Numbered from the stretch's first letter, positions 8,441 to 18,082 are shown. The stretch: DNA of 49,570 bases from Candidatus Woesearchaeota archaeon (GCA_964443535.1 CAYUCQ010000003.1:1-49570), one strand, 5' to 3'. Notes: a model not told the origin generated them from the sequence alone. Translations and numbers: made by a program.

Positions 8441-8619
8441 TATAATCGTAATAAAACAGAATAATGGTAATACACTTCTGTTTATCCTTTTTTTCAATAA
8501 ACTAATAATTTAATGGTTTAAAAAGGTTTCTATTTTTTATTTTTAATGAAAAAGCTTTTAAATTTGATAATTTGTTTAGTATATTAGTGGATAGAGGGCA
8601 AATCATTTTAAAGTTAGGC

Positions 8620-8961
8620 ATGGATTTTTTAGGCATTCCTGTAAGAACGGAATGTTATAGAGAGATTTGCAATGCTGCTTATCTTGCTCAAGAAATTGGC
8701 ATTCACCTCTCTAGTTTTGAACTATATTTAAATGAAAGAGGAGCATTTTCTCCAAGAAGGAAGATTGGACATGATATTTATTCTAATTTATTTGAAGAGG
8801 TAAGAGGAATAGAAAGAAATGGAGAAAGAAAGGAGATTATAGATGGTTGGATGCTTGATAAAAATACTCTAGAAAGACTTAAAGAACTAAGAGCAAAAAT
8901 TCAAAGATATGGGTTGCAAGAATTAATAAAAAAACATTATTCAGCCAATTCTTCGCTTTGA
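8620..8961 (+). CDS. hypothetical small protein, possible HTH
   Basis: ORF track (TTG at 8572); first ATG at 8620. AAYLAQEIGIHLSSFELYLN looks HTH-like. It is on the opposite strand inside the SBDS-rrp4 gap and overlaps the SBDS 3' end by 25 nt. Confidence 0.35.
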   Translation: MDFLGIPVRTECYREICNAAYLAQEIGIHLSSFELYLNERGAFSPRRKIGHDIYSNLFEEVRGIERNGERKEIIDGWMLDKNTLERLKELRAKIQRYGLQELIKKHYSANSSL

Positions 8962-9608
8962 ATTGCGCCGTGGCTGACTGAATTAATCTTTTCATAAAAA
9001 TCTATTAATATTCCCGGAGGAATATTCATTGTCACTTGGAGATCGCCGTTTGCAAGCCATTCTTCTTTTTCCTTGTAGCCCTTGAGAAGCCCGTAAACTT
9101 GGCCTGTAAATCTGGCAGGAACTGTTAATTTTATCTTTTTTGTTGCAATTTTTATTGGAATTATTTCCTTTAGCTTTTCCAATAAGTCAGGCATTTGCTG
9201 CTCTGCAGGACGGGCATCAAAGTTATAGTGGACTTGCTTGACAGCAGTAGTTAGCCTTTCTTCTGTGAATGGCCTTCCGTGCTGGTCAACTGCATTTCTT
9301 ATTATCATATTTATCACTTGCTTTATTTTCTTTTCCCTTTCTAAATCCCTGAACTCCTGCGTTTTTTGAACTTCTCCAGAAACTATTATTTTCTTTGCTA
9401 CTTCATAAGCATCTGTTGTGTTAAACGCTTCCTGCAAGTCTGAATTTGACGCCAAAGTGCCTTTTTTCAAATCATAATATATGTTTGGCGAGTCCATGGC
9501 AGAAACTATGTCTCCTTTTCCATTTTTCAATTTCAGCGCTTCGTCTAAGTCAACTTGAATCTCGTAGTGCTTGCCTTTTAATTTTATTCTTGCAGTTACT
9601 TTGGGCAT
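8937..9608 (-). CDS. SBDS-family ribosome maturation protein
   Basis: ARIKLKGKHYEIQVDLDEALKLKNGKGDI N-terminal FYSH-type motif. Canonical position upstream of rrp4. Confidence 0.85.
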   Translation of the reverse strand: MPKVTARIKLKGKHYEIQVDLDEALKLKNGKGDIVSAMDSPNIYYDLKKGTLASNSDLQEAFNTTDAYEVAKKIIVSGEVQKTQEFRDLEREKKIKQVINMIIRNAVDQHGRPFTEERLTTAVKQVHYNFDARPAEQQMPDLLEKLKEIIPIKIATKKIKLTVPARFTGQVYGLLKGYKEKEEWLANGDLQVTMNIPPGILIDFYEKINSVSHGAIQSEELAE

Positions 9609-9628
9609 CCTTTTTTCAGTTTTTGCAG

Positions 9629-9640
9629 TTATATAAATTT
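9629..9640 (-). promoter_or_regulatory. TATA-like box for the SBDS gene
   Basis: The minus strand reads AAATTTATAT about 25 nt upstream of the ATG at 9608, implying a near-leaderless transcript. Confidence 0.4.
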
Positions 9641-9664
9641 AATCGTCCTTGTGAATTTGCTCTT

Positions 9665-9741
9665 GTTCTATCACAAACTCTTTGTTTTTTTTACCTTGCA
9701 CTGAAGTGCAAGGCTTTCTTAGAGTTTGTGTGACAGAAAAC
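9665..9741. repeat. nested inverted repeat / long hairpin of ~77 nt
   Basis: The outer arms TCACAAACTCT (9671-9681) and AGAGTTTGTGTGA (9721-9733) pair with a 2-nt bulge. The inner perfect hairpin is CCTTGCAC-tgaa-GTGCAAGG (9694-9713). Confidence 0.6.
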
Positions 9742-9796
9742 AAAAGACTAAATTATCTCCAGTTTAGTAGCAAGATTTTGTTTTCTGTATAAAAAT

Positions 9797-9806
9797 GTTT
9801 AAATAG
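9797..9806 (+). promoter_or_regulatory. TATA-like box GTTTAAATAG for the giant gene
   Basis: Ends 21 nt before the ATG at 9827. The identical 10-mer with identical spacing precedes the AbrB antitoxin gene at 27751-27760. Confidence 0.45.
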
Positions 9807-9826
9807 CTCTTTTGAGTTGATTGACC

Positions 9827-12800
9827 ATGAAGAAAAAGGTGATTGGAAAGCGTGAAAAGAGGGCTTTTTTGAGAAGATTTTTATTTATTGGATTTGTTTT
9901 GCTTTTGATTGTTGCTCTTTTGTTTAATGTTTCAGATTTTATCATAGAAAAGTTCAATTATATTATTGCGCTGCAAAAAGCAAGACTTGGAATTGACATT
10001 AGCAAAAAAGCAGTCAGTTTTTCCCCATCCCCGGATTCTCCAATGGGAAGAGGCGAGCATCCAAGACTTCACATAACGCAGCAAAATATTGGAGAGATTA
10101 GAAATGTCATAAGCACGCAATATCAATCAGAATATCAAACATATATCAATGAAGTTATTTTAAGAGAAGATGATTCTAAATACACATTTGGAGATTCTGA
10201 TGCATCACATAATGTTTTCAGGGCTGCTGCAACTAGTATGGCTTTTGTTGGTTTAATGAACTTAACTCAAGGATTCAGTTACCCTGCTGGGAGCAATCCT
10301 GATCAATTAGGAAGAAGAGCTGCATTGAAATTGATAAGTGCTATGCAAGGAGGACAAACACATAATTATGATACTACGCTTACTTATGACTGGGCTTATG
10401 GTTATTTAACGCCGAGTGAAAGAAGCAATCTTATTACATTGGCTGTTGATGGAAGAGGAATACAGCAGAATGGCGGCGATGAGACTTTGAGAAATCCTTC
10501 TTCTTTTCCTTTTGATGCAATGTTCAGCAGCAAATACAAAGAAGGAGCATTTGCATGGTATGTTGCCTTGGCTTATTGGAATGATACGACAAATCCAACA
10601 GAGCAGAATTATCTTCAGCAGTCAATTAATACATTTCAAGGCATGATGCTTAACTATGGTTATTTGGATGCAATGAATACTGTAGGAGCAGAAGGTGGAG
10701 CAAGTGAGTGGGTTGGATATGCTACATGGCATGAAAGAACTCCTCTTATGAATATTGATGGATGGAGCACTGCTACAGGTGAAGACTACGTGAGAACACT
10801 AAAAGGCAATGTGAGCGGAGCATATTTCAAGAACTTTCCTGTCTTTGTATGGTATGCTGCTGATCCTCATAAATACCAAGGAACTCAATATACAGTTATA
10901 GCTGCAGGAGACTATGGACCTGAAGACACTTCAATTACAACTGATTTTGTAGAAAAAAGCAAATGGCTAAACTTCCTTGGCAAGCAAGGAGAATATGGCT
11001 CAACAACTGAAGCTGGCTTGATGAGACAATTTGAAACCAGATACGAAGTACCTTTAGGAGATGATATAAATGAACAGATATTTAGATTTTTGGGGCATAC
11101 AAGATCTTATAGCGCAGTTAATCCTGATGCTGTGTTGAATAAATCAAGATGGTTCAAGCATTTTGGGTCTTTTTATGCGAGAACAGGATTTTTAAGTTCT
11201 GCAGATACTGTATTTCAGGTTAATGACCCTCATTTTCTTTATTCTGCGAGAGACCATGGAAATTTTCCAGGATTCATGCTGGCAAAATATGGAGAGCTTG
11301 TGAATATAAGGCGAAATGGAAATCATAGGGGAACTGGAAACTTAAATAGTTATACTGGAGCTGAGCCTAATAATGTTGTTGACCTTGATTCTTATGAAAG
11401 ATCCAGACCTTATATACAATATCCAAGTGAACTTAAAAGCTCGCAAACAGGACAGGGAAATTATGATTTAGGAGGAATTGAACAAATAACTAAGAAAGAA
11501 AATGATTTTTATCATGTGCGAGTTAATAGAACAAAAAACTTTAATCCTGGAACTGTCAGCAATACAAGAGAATTTGTTTTTCTTCCTGGAAGCAATCCTT
11601 TAACAGACAGTGACTTTTTAGTTATTTACGAAAGGGCTAAAACTCCTTCAATAATCCCTGAATGGATTTATCATACTCCATGGGAGCCAGATGCTTTTGG
11701 TTATAGTTCTTCTCAAAGCCTTGCTTCTGGTTCTAAAATAGGAACAGGATATGATGGAAGCGGAATTATTGTTAGGGAGTTAAACAGTAAGGGAGATACA
11801 CAAGATGGTTATGATGGAGTTGGTGATTTCCAAGCAGGGCAGGGAGCGCATGGAGTTGCTTTTGCCAAGACATTATTGCCTGCTTCTGCGAGAGTTGAAG
11901 TCAGTAGAGTTGCTCAACCTGATAATGAAGTTTTGACAGAGCAAGTAGGACTTTCTCACAAGAGCATTAGATGGCAAGTGTCTGTTAAGCCGCAGACAGC
12001 AGACACTGATCATAAATTCCTTCACGTATTTCAGACAGCCGATGCAAATCTTCTTCCTGCAATGAGTGCGACTTCATTAATTGATACTCCTAATATGCAA
12101 GGAGGCTTTATGCAGAGAGAAAATCCTTCAAAGCCAAATTATGTTGTGCTATTTTCTAAGAATGAAGGAGTTTATGGGGGAGCTTTAACTTATAGTGTTG
12201 ATGGAAATGGATTGACAAAACATGTTATTACTGGATTAAAACCAGGAACTGCATATCAAATTATTGATAATGGCGCTGTTCTTGCAACTAAGACAACTGA
12301 AATTGATGTTGAGTTGTGGGATTATAAGGGAGTTGCGCAGAATGTTGCAACAGGAACCTTGTATTTTGAAAGCAATTTAGGAAGCTCGCACACATTTAGC
12401 ATAAGTGAAACAGCTGTTGCAGTTTATGTTGATAGCAACGCGGCTGTAGGAGGAGATGGCTCTTTTGCAAGTCCATTTAACACAATTCAAGAAGGATTAA
12501 ATGTTGCAACCGCTGGAATGACTGTTTTTGTAAGAGGAGATATATCTGGATATGGGAGAGTTTACAGCGAAACTCCTAATTTTGTTATTTCTGGAACTGT
12601 TGGAAATGAAGTTACATTGAGAAATTATCAGAATGAAAGAGTTGTAATAAGAACAGCAAGTGGAATTGGATTTGACCAGAATAATTTGATAATTGATGGA
12701 TTAATTTTTGACCATCTTAATGCTGCATCTGACTTTATCTCATGGACGGGAGATAACATTGTTTTAAGAAATTCTGAAATTAGAAATGGAAGCAGAGATG

Positions 12801-15800
12801 GAATTGAAATGGATGGATTTTCCAACGCAGTTATTTTCAACAATGTTATTCATGATTTTGTACTTCCAGCTTCTGATGCGCACTGTATTATAACAAATCC
12901 TAATGCATTACAGCCTAACCGCGGATTAAATCTATTGAATAATACAATTTATGATTGCTCTGGAGATGGAATACAATTGTTTGCCTCTTCTGGATGCTGC
13001 ATTCCTGACGCGGACTTCTCGGAAAATATATTGATAGAAGGCAACAAGTTTTACAATACTAATGATATAATTGCGAGAATTGGCAGCAATTTGCGTCCTG
13101 AAAATGCAATTGACTTGAAAGAAGGCAATGGTATTATTATTAGAAATAATGAAATGTATAATTATCCTTTCAATAAAGTTATAGTATCGCAGAAAAAACA
13201 CCAGAACATAACTATTGAAGGAAATCTTATTCATGATTCTGACAGGGCAGTTGAAATTAGGCAGGAAGGAGGAGGCTCGCCTTTAGATATCAAGATTCTT
13301 AGAAATTCCATATATAATATTAATGTGACTACAGCAGGCTATGCAATCAGATTTGACGGCGTGACAAATCTTGAAGTTTATCACAATACAATTGTTAATT
13401 CTCCTTTTGGCGGAATTGAAATGATTGGCGTTGCAACTACTAATGGCATTGTGAGAAATAATCTTGTTTATCAATCTGAAACTTCTTCACTTTCTGGAAG
13501 CAGTGTGGCTTCGCATAATGGATGGTTTAACAGCCCTTGCGGAGACTTATGCAATGCTTTGGACACAACTGGAACAGATCCATTATTTGTTTCATCTACA
13601 GATTTCCGTTTGTCAACAAGCCCTGCAAGCCCTGCTATTGATAAAGGCCTTAATCTTGGATTTTTATTTTCAGGACTTGCGCCTGATCTTGGAGCTTATG
13701 AATCAGGAGTAATTACTCCTCCAGCCTTATGCGGAAATAGTGTTATTAACAGCGGAGAAGAATGCGATGATGGAAATGCTATAGATGGAGATGGATGCAG
13801 TTCAATGTGCAGAGTATTCACGCGCTTTGCAGTTATTGGAGATTTCGGCTCTGCAGGACCAAATGAATTAGGAGTTGCTAATATGATTAAGAGCTGGAAC
13901 CCTGATCTTGTCCTTACAACTGGAGATAATAACTATCCTGCTGGAGCGCAATCAACAATTGACGCAAACATAGGACAATATTTCCAGGAATTTATCTCTC
14001 CATATACTGGAGCTTATGGCAGCGGCTCGGGAAGAGGAAATAGATTTTTCCCATCAATGGGAAATCACGAATGGGATAGTGCAGGAGCTGCGCCTTATCT
14101 TAATTATTTCAGCTTGCCTGGAAATGAAAGATATTATGACTTTACATTTGGCAATGTTCATTTCTTTTCAGTTGATAGCGACTCTAATGAGCCTGATGGA
14201 ACCTCAAGTTCATCTGTACAAGCTCAATGGCTGAACAATGCTTTATCAAGCTCTACATCTGCATTTAATATTGTTTATCTGCACCATGCACCTTATTCAT
14301 CTGGAGCAACTCATGGCTCAAATGCTTTCATGCAATGGCCATTTCAGCAATGGGGTGCAGACATAGTTTTGTCAGCGCATGATCATTTGTATGAGAGATT
14401 GAGCAGAAGCGGATTTAATTATATTGTCAATGGACTTGGAGGAAGAAGTATTTATACATTTGCAACTCCTTTGCCTGAAAGCGTTGTAAGATATAATGCA
14501 GATTATGGTGCAATGATTGTTGACGTTAACAGCACAACTGCATTATTTAGATTTGTGAACAGAAACAATGTTACAATTGATAGTTATTCTCTTCCTGCAA
14601 ATGCTGCATTTTGCACTGACAATGATAGCGACGGATATAATCTTGCAGGAACAGGATGCGGAGTAGTTGATTGCAATGACGGAAATGCAGGAATTAATCC
14701 AGGAATGACTGAAATTTGTGGAAATGGAATTGATGAAAATTGTGATCTAATAGACAGTGTATGTCCTGTTCCAGGATGCACTACAAGCTCTCTAACATGG
14801 CAAAATACTCCTCTTCCAAGCCAGACAGGATTATTTACAGTTACATTTAATTCAACTCCTAATAATGCAAACATGAATGGAGTTACTGGATTATCTTTGG
14901 GAAGTGCGAGTGATTACACTTATCTTGCAACTATTGTGAGATTTAATGAAACTGGATTCATAGATGCGCGCAATGGAAATGCTTATAGAGCTAATGGCTT
15001 AATACCATACAACGCTGGAACATTATATTCCTTTAGATTAGAGATTAATGTTCCTTTACGCACGTACAGTATTTTTGTAACTAGCGGAGGGGCTGAAGCA
15101 ACTTTGGGAACTAATTATGCCTTCAGGACAGAGCAAGCAAGCGTGAGCAGCTTGAATAATTGGGCATTATTTAGCGCTGCAGGAACACATAGCGTCTGCA
15201 ATTTGGAAATTTCTGCAGCTGCTGTGGGTTGCACAAATGCTGATAATGATAACTATAATGTTAGCGGTGCAGGATGCGGAGTAGTTGATTGTGATGATGG
15301 AAACAATGCAGTTTATCCTAATGCTCCTGAATTATGCGACGGAATAGACAATCAATGTTCTGGAAATCCTGGATTTGGAACTGTTGATGAAGGATGTGTG
15401 CAATGCACATTCATTAACGCATATTGGAATCAGAATAGCATTGTAGAAGGGCAGAGTGCAACATTAACTGCTATTTCAAACAGCTGCAGCAGCGGAGCAG
15501 TTGTTGAGATTAGTGTTTACGAAGAAGATGGAACATTAGTTGATGGAACAATAAGTTCTACATTAAGCGCAAATACTGCTGTTGCGACATGGGCTGTTGA
15601 ATATCTTGCTGGAAGAACAGGAATATTAGAATATTACTTTATTGCGAGATTGGCAAGCAATCCAAGCATAAATATAGACAGCAGAACTGGAAGCGGAAAT
15701 GACTGGCTGAATGTAACTCAAGCTGATTCAACTGCTCCCGTAAGATCAAATGGACAGCCTTCTGGAGTCTTGCCTATTGGAACAACTTCAGTTATAATTT

Positions 15801-17296
15801 CTATGACGACAAATGAAAATTCTATATGTAGATATTCTACTACAGCGGGAGTTGCTTATCTTTCAATGAGCGGAATATTATCTACAACTAATGGAATTTC
15901 ACATTCTGCAAATATTCCTGGCTTAGTTAATGGAAATAACTACAATTATTATGTCAAATGCAGAGATACAGTAGGCAATACAAATTCCAATGATTTCACA
16001 ATAAGCTTTAGTGTTAGCGCGCCTGTATGCGGAAATGGAATCACAGAAGGAAGCGAAGTTTGTGATGATAGCGCGTTAAACGGACAGCCGAATAGATGCA
16101 ATAGCTCATGCACTGGGATTACAACTGCTGTATGCGGAAATAATGTGCAGGAAACTGGAGAATCATGCGATGGTACAAGCGCACTATTATGCCCTGGATT
16201 GTGCCTGCTTGATTGTAGCTGCGGAGTTGCACTAGCTCCGACTGCGCAGATATTATCTCCATTAAATGGAAATAGCATAACTATTGCAAGCTTTGAAAAT
16301 GTTACAGATGTAAATATTAACTTCAATGTAGTTGGATTTAGCTTGGGCGGTAAGGGACAGAATCATATACATTTCCAGATGAGCGGCGTGCCTTCTTACA
16401 GCTTCAACGACGAGTTCATGTTCTATAATGGAGCAGACAATGTTGTAGAATTTAATTTGATAAGCGGACTAACTATTTATGCGACATGGGTAAATGCCAA
16501 TACGATTAGATTCAACAATATTCCTGTTGGAACTCATACATTGAACGCATATCTTGCTGATACTATCCACGCAGTTTTGAGCAATAGCGAAGCTCAAACA
16601 AATATAACTTTCAATGTTGAGAGAGCTGTGAGCCCTGGCTATTGCGGAGATGCTATATGCAACGCCAGTTTAGGAGAGACATGCAATAGCTGTTCAGTTG
16701 ATTGCGGAAGCTGCCCTCCTGCTCCAACTCCTCCAAGCGGCGGAGGCGGTGGTGGAGGCGGAGGCAGCAGCTCGGGAGTAAGAATAGAGTCTCCAGTAGC
16801 ACAGCCAATTGATGCGCAGAATATCCCTCTAGAATTGAGGAAAGTGCTATTAAGTGATGATGTGCAGTTTGTTGATGTAAATAACGGAGAAAACATAATA
16901 TTGGAAATTCCTGATACAGGAATATCTTACATAGTGTCATTTACGATAAACTCTGAAGGAATTATACTGAATGTGCTGAATGGAGGATATCCTCTTGAGC
17001 AAGAGGCAATAATAGATGTTGCGCTTGATGATAATAATGTTTATCTTGGAGTAACTGAGCAGAGCGAAGGAGAAGCTATAATTGCTCTTGGATTAGATGA
17101 AGAAAAATTCAGAACACAAGTTCAGAGACCAACAGCTAGAACACCCTTTGCTTATGTATTAATGGCAATCATCCTTATTTTAGCAGGAGTGATAATTGTG
17201 CTTATAATATTGTACAGCGCAACTGGAAAAAAGAAAAATCCTGCAAGCAGCTTCAAAGTTTTCGGGCAATCAAAAACGACAAATGTTTTTGCTTAG
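9827..17296 (+). CDS. giant (2489 aa) multi-domain, membrane-anchored surface protein
   Basis: The ORF track starts at TTG 9821; the first ATG is at 9827. Features seen, in order:
- N-terminal TM segment FLFIGFVLLLIVALLF.
- Parallel beta-helix repeats at ~12420-13700 (NNTIYDCSGDGIQL, IEGNKFYN, IRNNEMYN, IEGNLIHDS, LRNSIYN, VYHNTIVN, VRNNLVYQ).
- Purple-acid-phosphatase-type metallophosphoesterase motifs in order at ~13826-14590: GDFG, GDNNY, GNHE, LHHAPY, AHDHLYER.
- Three CGN-x-GE-x-CD cysteine repeats.
- Two DxDxDGY...DC-x-DG-x-INP cysteine motifs at ~14612-14745 and ~15230-15360.
- A poly-Gly run at 16739-16765.
- A C-terminal TM segment (17146-17215) followed by GKKK.
The N-terminal ~800 aa may be polysaccharide-lyase-like (heparinase II/III), but that is weak recall only. 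Confidence 0.8.
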   Translation: MKKKVIGKREKRAFLRRFLFIGFVLLLIVALLFNVSDFIIEKFNYIIALQKARLGIDISKKAVSFSPSPDSPMGRGEHPRLHITQQNIGEIRNVISTQYQSEYQTYINEVILREDDSKYTFGDSDASHNVFRAAATSMAFVGLMNLTQGFSYPAGSNPDQLGRRAALKLISAMQGGQTHNYDTTLTYDWAYGYLTPSERSNLITLAVDGRGIQQNGGDETLRNPSSFPFDAMFSSKYKEGAFAWYVALAYWNDTTNPTEQNYLQQSINTFQGMMLNYGYLDAMNTVGAEGGASEWVGYATWHERTPLMNIDGWSTATGEDYVRTLKGNVSGAYFKNFPVFVWYAADPHKYQGTQYTVIAAGDYGPEDTSITTDFVEKSKWLNFLGKQGEYGSTTEAGLMRQFETRYEVPLGDDINEQIFRFLGHTRSYSAVNPDAVLNKSRWFKHFGSFYARTGFLSSADTVFQVNDPHFLYSARDHGNFPGFMLAKYGELVNIRRNGNHRGTGNLNSYTGAEPNNVVDLDSYERSRPYIQYPSELKSSQTGQGNYDLGGIEQITKKENDFYHVRVNRTKNFNPGTVSNTREFVFLPGSNPLTDSDFLVIYERAKTPSIIPEWIYHTPWEPDAFGYSSSQSLASGSKIGTGYDGSGIIVRELNSKGDTQDGYDGVGDFQAGQGAHGVAFAKTLLPASARVEVSRVAQPDNEVLTEQVGLSHKSIRWQVSVKPQTADTDHKFLHVFQTADANLLPAMSATSLIDTPNMQGGFMQRENPSKPNYVVLFSKNEGVYGGALTYSVDGNGLTKHVITGLKPGTAYQIIDNGAVLATKTTEIDVELWDYKGVAQNVATGTLYFESNLGSSHTFSISETAVAVYVDSNAAVGGDGSFASPFNTIQEGLNVATAGMTVFVRGDISGYGRVYSETPNFVISGTVGNEVTLRNYQNERVVIRTASGIGFDQNNLIIDGLIFDHLNAASDFISWTGDNIVLRNSEIRNGSRDGIEMDGFSNAVIFNNVIHDFVLPASDAHCIITNPNALQPNRGLNLLNNTIYDCSGDGIQLFASSGCCIPDADFSENILIEGNKFYNTNDIIARIGSNLRPENAIDLKEGNGIIIRNNEMYNYPFNKVIVSQKKHQNITIEGNLIHDSDRAVEIRQEGGGSPLDIKILRNSIYNINVTTAGYAIRFDGVTNLEVYHNTIVNSPFGGIEMIGVATTNGIVRNNLVYQSETSSLSGSSVASHNGWFNSPCGDLCNALDTTGTDPLFVSSTDFRLSTSPASPAIDKGLNLGFLFSGLAPDLGAYESGVITPPALCGNSVINSGEECDDGNAIDGDGCSSMCRVFTRFAVIGDFGSAGPNELGVANMIKSWNPDLVLTTGDNNYPAGAQSTIDANIGQYFQEFISPYTGAYGSGSGRGNRFFPSMGNHEWDSAGAAPYLNYFSLPGNERYYDFTFGNVHFFSVDSDSNEPDGTSSSSVQAQWLNNALSSSTSAFNIVYLHHAPYSSGATHGSNAFMQWPFQQWGADIVLSAHDHLYERLSRSGFNYIVNGLGGRSIYTFATPLPESVVRYNADYGAMIVDVNSTTALFRFVNRNNVTIDSYSLPANAAFCTDNDSDGYNLAGTGCGVVDCNDGNAGINPGMTEICGNGIDENCDLIDSVCPVPGCTTSSLTWQNTPLPSQTGLFTVTFNSTPNNANMNGVTGLSLGSASDYTYLATIVRFNETGFIDARNGNAYRANGLIPYNAGTLYSFRLEINVPLRTYSIFVTSGGAEATLGTNYAFRTEQASVSSLNNWALFSAAGTHSVCNLEISAAAVGCTNADNDNYNVSGAGCGVVDCDDGNNAVYPNAPELCDGIDNQCSGNPGFGTVDEGCVQCTFINAYWNQNSIVEGQSATLTAISNSCSSGAVVEISVYEEDGTLVDGTISSTLSANTAVATWAVEYLAGRTGILEYYFIARLASNPSINIDSRTGSGNDWLNVTQADSTAPVRSNGQPSGVLPIGTTSVIISMTTNENSICRYSTTAGVAYLSMSGILSTTNGISHSANIPGLVNGNNYNYYVKCRDTVGNTNSNDFTISFSVSAPVCGNGITEGSEVCDDSALNGQPNRCNSSCTGITTAVCGNNVQETGESCDGTSALLCPGLCLLDCSCGVALAPTAQILSPLNGNSITIASFENVTDVNINFNVVGFSLGGKGQNHIHFQMSGVPSYSFNDEFMFYNGADNVVEFNLISGLTIYATWVNANTIRFNNIPVGTHTLNAYLADTIHAVLSNSEAQTNITFNVERAVSPGYCGDAICNASLGETCNSCSVDCGSCPPAPTPPSGGGGGGGGGSSSGVRIESPVAQPIDAQNIPLELRKVLLSDDVQFVDVNNGENIILEIPDTGISYIVSFTINSEGIILNVLNGGYPLEQEAIIDVALDDNNVYLGVTEQSEGEAIIALGLDEEKFRTQVQRPTARTPFAYVLMAIILILAGVIIVLIILYSATGKKKNPASSFKVFGQSKTTNVFA

Positions 17297-17356
17297 TGAG
17301 AATTTAGTAAAACTTAAATAGCCACTATTCTATAATTTTCTAAGGTAACTTCTAAA

Positions 17357-18082
17357 ATGGATATGCCAACAGAAATACAGCATCAGGCAATGGGCTATGA
17401 CAGAGCTGCAACTATGTTTTCTCCAGACGGGCATTTGCTGCAGGTAGAATATGCAGAGAAAGTAGTTAGATTTGGAAGCTCAAGCATTGGAATTGTCTGC
17501 AAGGATGGAGTTTTAATTGTTGCTGACAAGAGAATAAGAGACAAATTAATAGCAACTGAATCTTCACATAAAATATTTGAAGTTGACGAGCATATTATTG
17601 CCACTGCTGCCGGCTTGCTATCAGATGCGAGAGTTTTGGTTGATCAGGCGCAGATATTATCGCAGCAAAATAGAGTTACATATAATTCTCCAATAGATCC
17701 TGTAGCTGTTGTAAGGCTTATTGCAGACAGAAAGCAGCAATCAACGCAGTTTGGAGGCGTGAGGCCTTATGGCATTTCTATAATGCTTGGCGGAATAAGC
17801 AAGGGTGCAGGCCATTTGTATACTACAGATGTTACGGGAAATTATACTGCGTATAAGGCAAATGCAATAGGAGAAAACGATGAGAAAATAAAGGAAATTC
17901 TAAGGAGCGAGTATAAGGAAAGCATGAGTGTTGAAGAAGGAATAAAGTTCTCTATGAAAATATTCAAAGACTTGCTTGAGAAAAACTTTAACTTAGAAAG
18001 ATTTGAAATCGCATATATAAAGACTGGCGAGGAAAAACTTGTGAGACATCAAGGCGAAGCCTTGAAGAAGTATGTCAAGTAG
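17357..18082 (+). CDS. psmA: proteasome alpha subunit
   Basis: GYDRAATMFSPDGHLLQVEYA is the alpha-subunit signature. Confidence 0.9.
   Translation: MDMPTEIQHQAMGYDRAATMFSPDGHLLQVEYAEKVVRFGSSSIGIVCKDGVLIVADKRIRDKLIATESSHKIFEVDEHIIATAAGLLSDARVLVDQAQILSQQNRVTYNSPIDPVAVVRLIADRKQQSTQFGGVRPYGISIMLGGISKGAGHLYTTDVTGNYTAYKANAIGENDEKIKEILRSEYKESMSVEEGIKFSMKIFKDLLEKNFNLERFEIAYIKTGEEKLVRHQGEALKKYVK

Noticed and set aside
9446-9733. A 95-aa plus-strand ORF spanning the SBDS 5' region and the intergenic hairpin.
   Set aside because: It is mostly antisense to SBDS, the remainder is the palindromic element, and the peptide is Leu/Phe/Cys-rich.
16739-16765. The GGN-rich run (GGCGGAGGCGGTGGTGGAGGCGGAGGC) as a non-coding microsatellite or G-quadruplex element.
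   Set aside because: It is in frame within the giant ORF, uses mixed Gly codons, and sits between Pro-rich and Ser-rich linker residues. It is a coding poly-Gly linker.
12628-16940. Several 60-125 aa ORFs on either strand inside the giant gene: 12628..12843, 12932..13234, 13283..13474, 13464..13712, 14016..14234, 14584..14874, 15949..16326, 16639..16940.
   Set aside because: They are embedded in one uninterrupted 7.5-kb frame that carries ordered enzyme motifs. The alternative frames give low-complexity or Cys/His-odd peptides, for example a poly-Pro run opposite the poly-Gly run.
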